Part shown: positions 50,551 through 61,906 of the stretch, one piece after another | How the letters are laid out: every line of letters begins with the position of its first letter | Position numbering within the stretch: position 1 is the stretch's first letter | DNA from: Endomicrobiales bacterium | Lineage (GTDB): Bacteria; Elusimicrobiota; Endomicrobiia; Endomicrobiales; CAWCFT01 | Assembly (NCBI GenBank): GCA_963794945.1 | Contig: CAWCFT010000016.1 | Location: 32,001 to 96,000, forward strand | Length of the DNA stretch: 64,000 bases | Direction of reading: 5' to 3' | Notes under the pieces: model-generated | Told to the model about the DNA's origin: nothing | The model's input: only the letters and a program-made list of their open reading frames with translations | Databases searched by the model: none | Position numbers and translations under genes: made by a program

Positions 50551-52092
50551 TTATTTCTCCGCCTGTGATGGCTCGCGCCGCTGGAGCATTATCTCGTCTG
50601 TAATGATTGAGACGACTTGTTTTATAAAAAAGGCCGGCCCAATGCCGTTGAATGTCCTGAAAAAATAGTACGCCTGTTTTTTAAGCCAGTAAGGCGACAG
50701 GAGCCTCTTGATGAGCCATCTTTTCAGAGCCTTGCGCCGCAGTTCTTCGACTTCTTTTATGTCTATCTCTTTGTGGAGCACGACATCGGACGCTTTTCCG
50801 TCGTACTTTTCCCAGTTGTCTGTGAGTATCAGGCCGTTCTTTTTCGCGTAATCGAAGAACCTCGTGCCGGGAAACGGCGTGCAGATGCTAAGCTGTATAG
50901 TGTCAGCTTCGAGTTTTTCCATGAACCGGATGGTATCGTCAATGCTCTCCCTGTCGTCTTCGGGAAGGCCGAGAGTGAAAGTTGCGTGTGTTTTAATTTT
51001 TAGCTTACCGCAAACCTTGACTATCTCTTTGATCCTGTCCAGGTCCAGCGGTTTACCGATGCGTGAAATTATCTTTCTGCTGCCGGTCTCAACTCCGAAC
51101 TTAAGGCCCACACAGCCGCTTTTGGCCATAAGCTCAAGCAGCTCCTTGTCCGGGTTTATCGCGTCGCCCATGCAGGACCAGTGAATGCCTAAGTTGCGGC
51201 GAATTATCTCTTCGCAGAGCTCTTTGACGAAGCTCTTATTTATCGTGAAATCGTCGTCATCGAAATATATCTCTCTGGCGCCGTACTTTTCTTTTGCTTC
51301 CGCCATCTCGTCAACGACACGCTTAACTGAGAAGCTCCTATATTTGCCGTTCGAGTACATTACCTGATTCCAGAGGCAAAAGTCGCACCTGTACGGGCAC
51401 CCTCTTGTCGCGTGCATCTGCACCGCGGGCCTGTACTGGCAGAAACCGTCCCAGTAAATAGTGGGGTCGCTCTTTGTGATACCGGGAAAGAGTTCCCTCG
51501 CGGGCTCCGGCAGTTTGTCCAGTGGATCGATCGGCAACGGCCTTTCGGTCTCCGTTATAACACCCGCGTCGCTGAACGTTATGCCTCTCACAGCCTTAAG
51601 ATCGGTTTTATCTCTAAGGGCCTTTAGCAGAGCGGCCAGCGTCTCTTCGTACTCGTTTTTGACGACAGCGAACACCCGCGGGTGTTCGGCCAGCGTTTCT
51701 TTTGAAAACACCGTAGCGTGTGCGCCGCCAAGGATTATCTTCGCGCCCGGCAGTAACGCGCCTATCTTTTCCGCGAGGCCGGTATCGAGGCTTATTGTGG
51801 GCGTGGTAGTTTCGTAAAATATGAAGTCGGGCTGTTCGGAAGAGAGGTATTCCAGCAGCTTATTTTCGCCCAGGTCCAGCGCCACGCAGTCAACGGCTTT
51901 GACTTCAAAGCCGTCTTTCTTAAGGAGCGCCGCGGCGTACGCGAGAAAGAAAGGGAATGGTATGTAGTGCGGGAGCGTGCCGATCTTTTTTACGCCGGAG
52001 TGCGGCCAGCGTGAACCGGAGCGGATAAAATACTTTTCGTATCCGCCGCCGAGGTCCGACTTATACTGCGGGTTTATCAGTATTATTTTCAT
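50551..52092 (-). CDS. B12-binding radical SAM protein
   Basis: GGAHAT, RGCPYRCDFC, GVETGS and TPFPGT. Confidence 0.9.
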   Translation of the reverse strand: MKIILINPQYKSDLGGGYEKYFIRSGSRWPHSGVKKIGTLPHYIPFPFFLAYAAALLKKDGFEVKAVDCVALDLGENKLLEYLSSEQPDFIFYETTTPTISLDTGLAEKIGALLPGAKIILGGAHATVFSKETLAEHPRVFAVVKNEYEETLAALLKALRDKTDLKAVRGITFSDAGVITETERPLPIDPLDKLPEPARELFPGITKSDPTIYWDGFCQYRPAVQMHATRGCPYRCDFCLWNQVMYSNGKYRSFSVKRVVDEMAEAKEKYGAREIYFDDDDFTINKSFVKELCEEIIRRNLGIHWSCMGDAINPDKELLELMAKSGCVGLKFGVETGSRKIISRIGKPLDLDRIKEIVKVCGKLKIKTHATFTLGLPEDDRESIDDTIRFMEKLEADTIQLSICTPFPGTRFFDYAKKNGLILTDNWEKYDGKASDVVLHKEIDIKEVEELRRKALKRWLIKRLLSPYWLKKQAYYFFRTFNGIGPAFFIKQVVSIITDEIMLQRREPSQAEK

Positions 52093-53296
52093 TTTTTATA
52101 TTGAATATCTTGAGCACGGTCACCGCGGAAAATATCAGCATGAAGGGTATCACCGGGACGTGGTACCTGCCGACGTTATTTAGGTGCAGGCAGAAATAAA
52201 GGAATATCATGACCAGCGGCAGCGTGTACTTATAGTTCTTCCGCGATAAATATATCCCCGCCGCGCAGCTCGCGAGCATTGCTATCTGCAAAACAAGCAG
52301 GAATGTCTTGAACGCGAGCGCCGCGTAATTCTTTTCCTCTATGTACTGCCTGTTGGGTAAGTCTATCTGGAACGCTCCGGAGTGGCTCGTTACCCAGAAC
52401 TTAGGCAGGAACCTGACGGACTTTATGATGTTCTCCGCAAGCTTAAGACGGCCTGTCGTAAGCGAGAGCTCGTCGATCTTTGACTTTATATCCTCGTCCA
52501 CCTTGAACTCATCTTTGCCGGACATAAGTATCTTGTTAAGCGTCGCCTGGGCTTCCGGCGTCGGCCCGCCCATGAGCATCACGAGTTTGAACGAGTTGCC
52601 CTGTATGGTGCAAAATGGTATTACCTTGTTGAACACTATCTTGTTGCGTATTGTCCAGGGCGCTATGGTCGCGGCAAAAATAAGGAGGAAGATCATGCCA
52701 CTGCTTACAAGGCGCTCGCCTTTGAGGTTAACGAGGACTGCCGTAAGGTACAACCCTATCGGGAAAAGCACTATAGTGGGCTTTGTCAGGACGCTAACGC
52801 CGAACAGAATGCCCGAAAACACCAGGTTGGCCGTCTTCCCATTCTTTTGCCACAAAGTGAACAGGTAGCTAGACGCTACGAAAAACATTGTGAACAGCGT
52901 CTCGGTCAGAACCAGGCCGCAGTAAGCTACCAGCACCGGGTAACACGCCGTAAGCAGCGCCGCTGTGAAAGCAGTTATGCCGTCGAATATCTCAAAGGCA
53001 AGAAGGAATATCAACACGCAAGTAAGCGAGTCAACCGCCGATTGGACAAGCCTTACGGCAACAAAGTTGTGGCCGAAGACCTGGTAAACAGCTGCAAGAA
53101 ATAACGGATACACGGGCACGCGGAAGGCGCTCTGGTGGACACCGTCAAGCGAGTAACCGGCGCCCCTTTCAACGTTCCAGCCGATCGCGTCGTACCCGGC
53201 GGCGTCGGAGACCACCGGCGTTTGAGGAAAGATTAGCACGTAACAGGCCCGCAGAATAAAAGCGGTAAAAAATATTATAAGTATGCGTTTTATCAT
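52061..53296 (-). CDS. ArnT/GT39-like (GT-C) membrane glycosyltransferase
   Basis: Multi-TM; SDA.GY, RVPVYPLFL, LTETLF and PWTIRN. Confidence 0.8.
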   Translation of the reverse strand: MIKRILIIFFTAFILRACYVLIFPQTPVVSDAAGYDAIGWNVERGAGYSLDGVHQSAFRVPVYPLFLAAVYQVFGHNFVAVRLVQSAVDSLTCVLIFLLAFEIFDGITAFTAALLTACYPVLVAYCGLVLTETLFTMFFVASSYLFTLWQKNGKTANLVFSGILFGVSVLTKPTIVLFPIGLYLTAVLVNLKGERLVSSGMIFLLIFAATIAPWTIRNKIVFNKVIPFCTIQGNSFKLVMLMGGPTPEAQATLNKILMSGKDEFKVDEDIKSKIDELSLTTGRLKLAENIIKSVRFLPKFWVTSHSGAFQIDLPNRQYIEEKNYAALAFKTFLLVLQIAMLASCAAGIYLSRKNYKYTLPLVMIFLYFCLHLNNVGRYHVPVIPFMLIFSAVTVLKIFNIKNENNTDKPAV

Positions 53297-54370
53297 TTAG
53301 TTTAGGAGGAGTTCCACGAACTTCCTGTTCTTTTGCGCCCATTTGCAAAGGATGCCGACAATTCCTTCCGCAGTCCGGCTAGGCTGCCAGCCCCACATTT
53401 TTTTAGCAAGCCTTATGTCCGCGACGAAATACGGTATATCGTACTGCCTGTTCTCGGGGATCTTTTTGATGCCGGATCCGCGGCCGAAATATTCGCGGCA
53501 CAGTTCCGTCATCTCAAGTAGCGACATCGAGCCCTTAGGCCCGCCGCCGATGTTGAGAGCCACACCCTTCTGCCTGCCCGGGTCCTTTATCTGCAGCATT
53601 ATCAATGAGGCTATGTCTTCCGCCGTGACACAGTCCCTGACCTGCTTTCCTTTTCCGCCGAACCCTATGTACTTGAGCGGGTTGTTCAAAAGATAGGAGT
53701 AGACCCAGTACGAGAATATCCCCTGGTCTATCTTTCCGAACTGCCCAGGCCCGCCTATCACGCTTGAGCGGTTAACTACTACCGGGAAACCGAACGCACT
53801 GCCGTACTCGAATGCCATTATCTCGGAAGAAAGCTTGGTCGCGCCGTAAAGCGAGACCGGGCTCTTGACTGAAAATTCTTCCGATACACCAAACTCCGAG
53901 GCGCCGGTTATACCTGTCTCACCCGATATCTCGAACCTTGTGGAACCCTCTTTCAAGGGTATCCGGCAAAGTTCTTTTATGGAGTAAACCCTGCTCGTGC
54001 TAAGAAGTACCAATCCTGCCTTGTGCCTCCGGCAGTATTCAAGGACATTTAGCGTTCCAACGAGATTGTTGTCAACGAGCTGTTCCGGGCCGCAGCCTTC
54101 AAAACCTTTTGTACCGGCTAGCACTGACGGGTTAGCCGCGCAGTCTATGACCCAGTCCGCGCCCGGAACAGCAAGCATGTCGGCCTTAAATCGAACGTCG
54201 CCGAATACCACATTAACGCCGCTTTTCTTGAGGGGCTCGACGCTTGTCTCGGATCCGTGCCTTGAGAGGTTGTCTATGCCGAAAACTTTCGCGCTCTTGA
54301 ACGACTTTTTGAACTCAAGCGCTATCCTCGAACCTACATAGCCGCAGACGCCGGTAATGAATATTTTCAC
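53297..54370 (-). CDS. NAD-dependent sugar epimerase/dehydratase (CDP-paratose 2-epimerase-like)
   Basis: [13 protein letters not shown] and GKQVRD. Confidence 0.87.
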   Translation of the reverse strand: MKIFITGVCGYVGSRIALEFKKSFKSAKVFGIDNLSRHGSETSVEPLKKSGVNVVFGDVRFKADMLAVPGADWVIDCAANPSVLAGTKGFEGCGPEQLVDNNLVGTLNVLEYCRRHKAGLVLLSTSRVYSIKELCRIPLKEGSTRFEISGETGITGASEFGVSEEFSVKSPVSLYGATKLSSEIMAFEYGSAFGFPVVVNRSSVIGGPGQFGKIDQGIFSYWVYSYLLNNPLKYIGFGGKGKQVRDCVTAEDIASLIMLQIKDPGRQKGVALNIGGGPKGSMSLLEMTELCREYFGRGSGIKKIPENRQYDIPYFVADIRLAKKMWGWQPSRTAEGIVGILCKWAQKNRKFVELLLN

Positions 54371-55419
54371 TTAACACCCCTGGAGTGCCAACCGGCTATG
54401 ATCTCTTCAAATATCCTATCCAGCGGGACCGTAATATCCCAGGAAGGATAATGAGTTTTCATCTTTGAGAGGTCGGAAATATAGCATATGTGATCGCCTT
54501 CGCGGTTCTTATCGATGTATTCATATTGCATTTTTTTGCCAGTCAGCTGTTCAACTTTCTTGAAGGCTTCGAGGATCGAACACGAGTTGCCGCGCCCGCC
54601 GCCGATATTGTAGACCTCGCCGCTGCGCGGGTTCGCGATGAAAGCCGCCATGAACCGCGCGACATCCAGCGCGTGTATGTTGTCGCGCACCTGTTTGCCT
54701 TTGTAGCCGTATATTTTATAAAGTTTACCTTCCAGGTTGCACTTAACGAGGTAGCTTAAGAACCCGTGGAGCTCCACCCCCGTGTGATTCGGGCCCGTGA
54801 GGCACCCGCCCCTAAGCGCGCAAGTCTTCATGCCGAAATACCTGCCGTACTCCTGAACCATCACGTCGGCCGCGACTTTTGACGCTCCGAAAACGGAATG
54901 CTTCGAGCGGTCTATCCTGAAGGACTCGCTTATGCCGTTTGTGTATGCTGTATCGGCGTAGTCCCACCTGGTTGGAAGCTCCTTTAGTGCTATCTCGTTT
55001 GGCGCGTCGCCGTAAACTTTGTTCGTTGACATATAAATGAACACGGCTTCCGGCACGGTCTTCCGGACGGATTCGAGCAGGTTGAGAGTCCCGACCGCGT
55101 TGACATCGAAATCGTCAAAGGGCCTTGCGGCCGCGAGGTCGTGGCTGGGCTGGGCCGCCGCATGCACGACCGCCTCCGGGCGTATCTCCTGAATAGTTTT
55201 TATGACGTTCTGGCGGTCGCGTATATCCAGCTCGTGATGGGTGAAATTCTTGTATTGCTTTACGAGCCTTTCCTGATTCCAGCGCGTGTCTCCCACCGGG
55301 CCGAAGAAATCGGCGCGCATGTTGTTGTCTATACCGTGAACGTCGTTACCTTGCGACGCGAAATAACCCACCACCTCGCTGCCGATAAGGCCGTTGGAAC
55401 CCGTAACAAGTATCTTCAT
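54367..55419 (-). CDS. NAD-dependent sugar epimerase/dehydratase (CDP-paratose 2-epimerase-like)
   Basis: [28 protein letters not shown] and GKQVRD. Confidence 0.87.
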   Translation of the reverse strand: MKILVTGSNGLIGSEVVGYFASQGNDVHGIDNNMRADFFGPVGDTRWNQERLVKQYKNFTHHELDIRDRQNVIKTIQEIRPEAVVHAAAQPSHDLAAARPFDDFDVNAVGTLNLLESVRKTVPEAVFIYMSTNKVYGDAPNEIALKELPTRWDYADTAYTNGISESFRIDRSKHSVFGASKVAADVMVQEYGRYFGMKTCALRGGCLTGPNHTGVELHGFLSYLVKCNLEGKLYKIYGYKGKQVRDNIHALDVARFMAAFIANPRSGEVYNIGGGRGNSCSILEAFKKVEQLTGKKMQYEYIDKNREGDHICYISDLSKMKTHYPSWDITVPLDRIFEEIIAGWHSRGVK

Positions 55420-56573
55420 TGTGTTTTGTCCGCCTTCAGAGAAAAATCCACTATCTTCGGTATCAGTTTTTCCCAGTTGTATTTCTTAACCGTGCTGTAT
55501 CCTTCTTCTATAAGTTTATCCGTAAGCGCCGGTTCCTCTAGCAGCCGGCTTATTTTTTCCGCGAGAGAGTTAACATTGTCGTGCTCGAACAAGAGCACGT
55601 CTTTGCTATCAGTGCATATCTCCCTCACTCCCTCGAGGTTAGACGACACGACGGCCGTTTTGGAAGCCCAGTACTCGTATAGTTTAAGCGTTGTGATGAT
55701 CCGGTTCGCAAGGCTGTCCCGCCTTGGTATAACGCCTATTTTAGCTTTTTTGAGATACTCCCTGGCCTGCCCGCAAGGCAGGTAATCCGTAAAAACGCAC
55801 TTATCGTAAACACCGGCCTGCCTCGCCAACAGCTGTATGTTGGAAAGCTCCCTTCCGCCGCCTACAACGTAGAAAACCGCCTCGGGATGCTTTTTTGAGA
55901 CAATAGCTGCGGCGGAAATAAAATCTTCAACGCCATGCTGCCTGTCAACGCTTCCGAGATGGATCACACCTTTTTCCGCGCCGCTCTCTTTGTCATCTGG
56001 CATCTTATCTGTCTCGGCGCCGTCATAAACAACGCTTATTTTTTCCTCGGGTATGCCTTTCAAAACCAGGTGTTTCTTCATCGCTTCGGTCTCGGTTATC
56101 ATCCTGTCGGCTGACTTTATTATCCAATATTCTACGGCGAGTATTAACGGCGCGAGCATTTTCTCAATAATATTCCTTTTCCCGATGACTATGTATTCCG
56201 CATGGATGTCGGTGAGGTCCAGGACGAAAGTGAATTTGAAGAACATCCGGAGAATTGGTATGCTGGCCGCGGATATGGTGTTGTGTATAAAAAATATATC
56301 GGTGGTCCGCACAAATGCAAGGAACTTCCTGAAGAGCCTTACGTTGAATTTAAGTGATGAGAGGATTGAAGAGCGTTGTTTGCGCGGGGCGTGTAGCCAG
56401 TGCACTTTTATGCCGTTAATATTGCCGACGCCTTCGGTAGGGGCTATTATTACGACATTATGCCCTCTTCTTTTGAACTCTTCCGCGCTAAGAAGCGTCC
56501 TCAACGCCCCGCCTCCCCTTATAGGGCTCAGAGGGTCATGGGTCGACACGATAATATTTTTTTTTCGTTCCAT
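55416..56573 (-). CDS. Glycosyltransferase family 4
   Basis: GT-B fold features; KLYEYWA...VVSS...GVREI. Confidence 0.85.
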   Translation of the reverse strand: MERKKNIIVSTHDPLSPIRGGGALRTLLSAEEFKRRGHNVVIIAPTEGVGNINGIKVHWLHAPRKQRSSILSSLKFNVRLFRKFLAFVRTTDIFFIHNTISAASIPILRMFFKFTFVLDLTDIHAEYIVIGKRNIIEKMLAPLILAVEYWIIKSADRMITETEAMKKHLVLKGIPEEKISVVYDGAETDKMPDDKESGAEKGVIHLGSVDRQHGVEDFISAAAIVSKKHPEAVFYVVGGGRELSNIQLLARQAGVYDKCVFTDYLPCGQAREYLKKAKIGVIPRRDSLANRIITTLKLYEYWASKTAVVSSNLEGVREICTDSKDVLLFEHDNVNSLAEKISRLLEEPALTDKLIEEGYSTVKKYNWEKLIPKIVDFSLKADKTQ

Positions 56574-56644
56574 ATTTTAGTTGTCTGGAATTCTGCCGTC
56601 AAACAGTACGGTTCATTTGAAATATTAACTGAAAATACATAATG

Positions 56645-56673
56645 ATTATAACTTTTTGGTCGTGGGTTTGCAA
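56645..56673 (-). promoter_or_regulatory. Sigma70-type promoter for the glycan locus
   Basis: Minus strand TTGCAA-17-TATAAT. Confidence 0.6.
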
Positions 56674-56709
56674 CATATGCTGCCGGCACTATTTGCATCA
56701 TGCACCCAC

Positions 56710-58119
56710 TTAGCCAATGCCGTTTCCAGCCCTGATCTTATATATCTTTGCCAGAAGCCTCAGAAAAGCCCTGGGAACACCCGCCGCCCTGAGCTTTCTT
56801 TTATAATCCCTGACCCTGATTTCTTTCGACAGCTTAGCCGCCCTGACAAATATTTCTTTCCTGTCTTCTTCGGATAGTTCCGGTGTGAAAAACACAGGAT
56901 TGTTCATCGAAGGTAAAACCCTATGGAGGTACTGCTGCGGATCGACAATAAAACAGCCTAGCTTTTTTATCCAATCATAAAGTCCGGTACCTGGGTAAGG
57001 CACCGGATGATAGAACCTGACATCTGAAAAAGGATATTTATTGGCTAACGCGAACGATTCTTCTATATCTTCTTTTGTTTCGCCCAGTAAGCCAATAAAA
57101 AAAGACGCCGAAACATCAAAACCAAGCTTCAGCGCCGTTTTGACCGCGGCTTCCACAACAGCCGGTGTTTCTATTTTTTTCAATGTTCTCATGACTTTTC
57201 CGCTGCCGGAATCTATTTCAAACAGGATATCCCTAAACCCAACGTCTTTCATTGCCGTAAGTATCTCTTCGTCTACCTTGCCGGCCCTGATTCCGTTACC
57301 GCAGCTAAGGGCCAGTTCCTTCATTCCCGATTCTTTTATGAGCCTGCAGATGTGGAGGGCCCTGTCTTTGCGCGTCGAAAAGTTGTCATCGGCCACACGG
57401 AAGGCCCTATAGCCTTTCTCGTACCAGTACTTTATTTCGTTTATAATGCTGCCGGGGCTTCTATACCTGATCTTATGCCCCATTGCGGTCTTCGTGTAAC
57501 AAGCCGCGCAAGCCGCGGTACATCCGCGCGACGTTACAATAGGGATCTCGCGCTGAGAGTTTGCCGTTTTAGCCCCCAGGTATCTTTTAAGGTCGAATTT
57601 ATTGTATCTTGGAAAATCAACGTTATCCAGCTCTGCGCAAAAGTCTCGCTCACCGTTAAATATAACTTTCCACTCCTGACGGAATATCAGCCCCTTGATG
57701 TCTCTTAAATCTTTAACTCCCGAGCACAGCTCCACCATCGTTTCTTCACCTTCAAGGACTACACCGTAATCCAGCCATTTGCACTCCATCAGCGCACGCT
57801 CCCGCATAAGCGATATATTGGGGCCTCCTGCGGCTATCTTTACAGCCGGAAAATTTTGTTTTATCGCGTTGATCCTCACGTAGTTCTCTTTGTGTCGGTA
57901 CGTCGGCATGGTTATGCCGACCAAAGAAGGCTTATACATCTTAATTTTTTGCATCAGGTCGGCGTCGCTATAGCCCAGGCTCATATCGAACACGTCATAA
58001 TCCAGGCCATTGTTCTCGAGGGCTTGCGCTATATAGCCAAGGCCCGAATGGAGCACGGGCTCGCGGAACGGTGAGTTCCTGTAAGGCGGGTTGATAAGAA
58101 GTACTTTGTGTTGAACCAA
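56710..58119 (-). CDS. B12-binding radical SAM protein
   Basis: LGYIA, GGP, GEET, SRGCTAACAAC and PYPGT. Confidence 0.87.
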   Translation of the reverse strand: MVQHKVLLINPPYRNSPFREPVLHSGLGYIAQALENNGLDYDVFDMSLGYSDADLMQKIKMYKPSLVGITMPTYRHKENYVRINAIKQNFPAVKIAAGGPNISLMRERALMECKWLDYGVVLEGEETMVELCSGVKDLRDIKGLIFRQEWKVIFNGERDFCAELDNVDFPRYNKFDLKRYLGAKTANSQREIPIVTSRGCTAACAACYTKTAMGHKIRYRSPGSIINEIKYWYEKGYRAFRVADDNFSTRKDRALHICRLIKESGMKELALSCGNGIRAGKVDEEILTAMKDVGFRDILFEIDSGSGKVMRTLKKIETPAVVEAAVKTALKLGFDVSASFFIGLLGETKEDIEESFALANKYPFSDVRFYHPVPYPGTGLYDWIKKLGCFIVDPQQYLHRVLPSMNNPVFFTPELSEEDRKEIFVRAAKLSKEIRVRDYKRKLRAAGVPRAFLRLLAKIYKIRAGNGIG

Positions 58120-58137
58120 TTGATTACCGTTTGTTTT

Positions 58138-59151
58138 TTAATGTATTCCGCAAGAACCTTTTATGCCCTTCTTTTTAAAATAGTGCTGGTGGTATTCCTC
58201 CGCCGGGTAAAACGGCCCCGCGGGTACTATTTCGGTCACAACCTTGTTCTTGTGTGTTCCTGACCTGTCCAGCGCTTCTTTTGAGGCTTTAGCCTTCGCT
58301 TCCTGCTCCGGGGTAAAATAAAATATCACCGAGCGGTACTGGTTGCCCGTGTCCGGGCCCTGGCGGTTGAGAGTGGTCGGGTCGTGCATTTCCCAGAACG
58401 CTTTGAGAAGCTGGTCATAAGATATGACTGATGGGTCGTATTCAACTAGTGTTGTTTCCGCGTGGCCTGTGTTTCCGCCGCAAACGTCCGAGTATGTAGG
58501 GCTCTTAAAATGACCACCGCTGTAACCTACTTGTGTACTAATGACTCCTTTGAGCTCATCGAACTCGGACTGCACGCCCCAGAAACAGCCCGCGGCGAAC
58601 ATCGCCTTCTCCGTTTTCCTGTTCTTGGGTACGAATTTCAGCGACACTGAATTAATGCAGTACCTCTTATGCGTCGGCGCGGGGCCGTCGTCAAAAACGT
58701 GGCCAAGGTGCGCCCCGCACCGCGCGCATTCCACTTCCGTGCGCTGCATGCCGAGGCTGTTGTCAGTGAGATATTTCAGGTTACTTTCGGCTACCGGGTT
58801 AAAAAAGCTCGGCCAGCCGGTACCGGAATCGAATTTTGTTTCAGAAACGAAGAGGTTTGTCCCGCAGCGAACGCATTTGTAAAGCCCTGCCTCTTTATTC
58901 TTGTAGAGTTCGCAGCTGAAAGCCTGTTCCGTCCCCTTTTTTCTAGTCACCTCAAATTGTTCCGGGGTCAGTACTTTCTTCCATTCAACATCGGTCTTTG
59001 TTACCTTGTCAACTACAACTGATCTACCTGTAGCATAATCAAAAATTGAAATTTTATTCTTATCCATAAGCTCGCTCCCGCCGGCTTTCAATATTAATAC
59101 AAACAATAGCGCCGTGCATATCATTATCAACCATAAAAAAAATCTTTTCAT
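58138..59151 (-). CDS. msrBA: Exported bifunctional methionine sulfoxide reductase, MsrB-MsrA order
   Basis: Signal anchor; [17 protein letters not shown] and RYCINS (MsrB); GCFWG and AEEYHQ (MsrA). Confidence 0.93.
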   Translation of the reverse strand: MKRFFLWLIMICTALLFVLILKAGGSELMDKNKISIFDYATGRSVVVDKVTKTDVEWKKVLTPEQFEVTRKKGTEQAFSCELYKNKEAGLYKCVRCGTNLFVSETKFDSGTGWPSFFNPVAESNLKYLTDNSLGMQRTEVECARCGAHLGHVFDDGPAPTHKRYCINSVSLKFVPKNRKTEKAMFAAGCFWGVQSEFDELKGVISTQVGYSGGHFKSPTYSDVCGGNTGHAETTLVEYDPSVISYDQLLKAFWEMHDPTTLNRQGPDTGNQYRSVIFYFTPEQEAKAKASKEALDRSGTHKNKVVTEIVPAGPFYPAEEYHQHYFKKKGIKGSCGIH

Positions 59152-59190
59152 TAATTTTACCCCTTTTTTACGCTGTTACACCGCCGGATT

Positions 59191-60039
59191 TTAAGCAACC
59201 TTGCGCCATTTATAAAGAAGAGCTAGATTCTTTTTATCCGAGCCTTCGGGCTCTTTTGGAGTTTCTAGTATACCGGCCTGGGCAATAGCATTAACTTTTT
59301 TTATGAGGTACTTGAAACCCTCTTTGCCTATATAACCCCTGCCTATATGCTGGTGCCGGTCTTTCCTCGACCCGCAGGGCACCATCGAATCGTTAAAGTG
59401 GAGCATCTTGAGATATTTGAGGCCTATCATGCTATCAAAATCTCTAAGCATCTTATCGGTTCCGGAAAGCTTCGAGATATCGTAGCCCGCGGCAAAAGTG
59501 TGCGCCGTATCCAAACAGACGCCTACTCGATCTCTATCCGTCACACCCTCGATCATAGCGTTTATCTCTTCGAAGGCGCTGCCGAGGCGGCGGCCGCCGC
59601 CTGCGACGGTCTCGATAAGTATCAGGCACTTGCCTTTAACTTTAGATATTGCCCTGTTAAAACCCTTAACAACATTCTCGATACCTTTTTGCAGCGTGGA
59701 GCCTTCGGAATATGCACCGGGATGTATCACAAGGAAATCCGCGCCTATCTGCTCCGCGACTGCGAGGTCGTCTATCAGCGCGTTTACAGAACGGCGGTAT
59801 AGGATTTTTTTTGATGTCGCGATGTTCGGAAGGTAGGGTATGTGCACGGCGAGGGGATAAATACCGAGCTCTTTTCTTAGCTTTTTAAAAGCCTTAACGT
59901 CGCTTTTTGTGTGGCGGCTGATCTTCCACATCCTGGGGCTTCGCGTGAAGATCTGCAACGCTTCGCAATTCTTTTCTTTCGCCTCAAGCAGCGCGCCGGA
60001 AAGTCCGTTCTTTAATGAGCAGTGTACGCCGAATCGCAT
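59191..60039 (-). CDS. nfo: Endonuclease IV
   Basis: QIFTRSPR, HPG, ETVAG, CLDTAH, HFNDS, DRH and ILETP. Confidence 0.93.
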   Translation of the reverse strand: MRFGVHCSLKNGLSGALLEAKEKNCEALQIFTRSPRMWKISRHTKSDVKAFKKLRKELGIYPLAVHIPYLPNIATSKKILYRRSVNALIDDLAVAEQIGADFLVIHPGAYSEGSTLQKGIENVVKGFNRAISKVKGKCLILIETVAGGGRRLGSAFEEINAMIEGVTDRDRVGVCLDTAHTFAAGYDISKLSGTDKMLRDFDSMIGLKYLKMLHFNDSMVPCGSRKDRHQHIGRGYIGKEGFKYLIKKVNAIAQAGILETPKEPEGSDKKNLALLYKWRKVA

Positions 60040-60061
60040 ATTATCCTGTGTGCGCGGGTCT

Positions 60062-60493
60062 TTAGAGTTTTTTAAGCAGTTCGCTTTTGATCACGGCTAT
60101 ACCACTTCTTGTCAGGGCCTCAATGGCTTTCTTGTATTCGTCTATCTTGAATATCACCACGGCCTTGCCGCCGCTTTTCTCAACGGTAGCGTACATATAC
60201 TCAACATTGAGGCCTTCCTTGTCAAGCGTCTCCAACACCTTAGACAGGCCGCCGGGTTTATCCTCGACTTCGATGCCTATGACATCCGTCTCCTGCACAA
60301 CGAACTTGTTCTTCTTCAATATGTCCCTGGTCTTGTCCGGGTCATTGACTATGAGGCGCAGGACGCCGAAATCTTTTGTGTCGGCCAGCGAGAGCGCTCG
60401 AATGTTTATTCCCTCTTCAGCTAAGCACTCGATGACCTTTGCGAGCCTGCCTTTTTTGTTCTCAAGAAAGACCAATATCTGTTTGATGTTCAT
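60062..60493 (-). CDS. ACT domain-pair protein
   Basis: FLENKKGRL, NIRALSLADT, EDKPGGL and NVEYMY; usual paaK neighbour. Confidence 0.88.
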   Translation of the reverse strand: MNIKQILVFLENKKGRLAKVIECLAEEGINIRALSLADTKDFGVLRLIVNDPDKTRDILKKNKFVVQETDVIGIEVEDKPGGLSKVLETLDKEGLNVEYMYATVEKSGGKAVVIFKIDEYKKAIEALTRSGIAVIKSELLKKL

Positions 60494-60508
60494 AAAACCT
60501 CCTAAACC

Positions 60509-60604
60509 TCAGCTACAGGCTTCAAGCTACAGGTTACATGAACCAACCTTTGGACTTTTAGCTTGTGGCTTGCAGCGGCTTTTTATGTTAAGCTTGCGGC
60601 TTGA
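60509..60604. repeat. Inverted heptamer-repeat array
   Basis: AGCTACA GGCTTCA AGCTACA GGTTACA ... TAGCTTG TGGCTTG ... AGCTTG CGGCTTG. Confidence 0.65.
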
Positions 60605-60606
60605 TT

Positions 60607-61906
60607 TTATATTTTTCTCTTGTCGATTATGCGTTTCGCCTTGCCTTCGCTTCTCGCGATCGCCTTGGGCTCGACAAGTTTTACTTTCGCCCGGATTCCC
60701 AGGACTCCAAATATCTGTTTTTCTATGTTCTGCTCAAAACCTTCGAGGTTCTTTATCTCATCCGAGAACATCTTTTCGTTCATCTCCACCTGCACTTCAA
60801 GGCAGTCTAGCTGGCCAACGCGCTCTACAACAAGCTGGTAGTGAGGTTCAACCCCTTCAACCTTCAGCAGGACCTCTTCTATCTGGGACGGGAAAACGTT
60901 CACACCGCGGATTATCAGCATGTCGTCCGTCCGGCCGAGCAGCCTGTGCATCCTGCGTGTTGTCCTGCCGCACCTGCAGTGAGAATCCATGAGGTATGTT
61001 ATGTCCCTTGTCCTGTACCTTATAATGGGTGTGCCTTCTTTAGTCAATGTAGTCACGACCAGCTCCCCTTTTTCTCCAGCCGGCAAAACTTCGCATGTTA
61101 CAGGGTCAATTATTTCCGGATAGAAATGGTCTTCGTTGACATGGAGCCCGTGCTGGCACTCGCACTCGGACGAAACCCCTGGGCCGATTATCTCAGTCAG
61201 CCCGTATATATCGTACGCCTTTATGCCCATTTTTGCTTCTATCTCTTTTCGCATGCTCTCGCTCCAGGACTCGGCGCCAAAAAATCCCGCCTTAAGTTTC
61301 AAGTCCTTGAAGCTCATCCCTTCTTCTTTCGCAACCTCAGCTATGTAGAGGCAGTAGGATGGGGTGCAAGTTAGTACTGTCGAACCGAAATCGCGCATGA
61401 CCGCTATCTGGCGTTTCGTGTTGCCGCCGGATATGGGAAGAACGGTCGCGCCTATTTTCCGCGCGCCGTAATGGGCTCCCAAGCCTCCGGTAAAAAGCCC
61501 GTAGCCGTAGGCATTCTGAACGATGTCGTGTTTAGTTGTCCCACCCATCGCAAGCGTTCTCGCCATAACCTCGCTCCAAATCTCTATGTCTTTAGCCGTG
61601 TAAGCATCAACTATCGGTTTGCCGGTTGTCCCGGAAGACGTGTGTATCTCGACAATGTTCTTCATGTCGTCAGCCAGCAGGCCGTATGGATAAACCTGCC
61701 TCATGTCGTCCTTGGTAGTAAAAGGCAGCCTTAGATATATCAGTTATGCTTTTGATGTCTTTTGGTTTTACGCCTTCATCGTCCAGCTTACTCTTATAAA
61801 ACGGCACCTTCTCGTAAAGCCGTTCGACAAGCGCCGTCAGGTTATAACTCTGCCAGTTCTTGAGCTCCTGCCCTGTCATGCATTCCTGTTTCTCGTTGAA
61901 GATCAT
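60607..61906 (-). CDS. paaK: Phenylacetate-CoA ligase family (frameshift near 61725)
   Basis: Start [46 protein letters not shown] and [20 protein letters not shown]. Confidence 0.92.

Noticed and set aside
3256..60604. CRISPR array interpretation of the repeats
   Set aside because: The repeats are dispersed palindromes or heptamer runs, not direct repeats with unique spacers, and there are no cas genes.
749..61906. Programmed frameshifting or true pseudogenes
   Set aside because: The breaks are scattered across unrelated housekeeping genes with no shared slippery motif, so sequencing error is more parsimonious.
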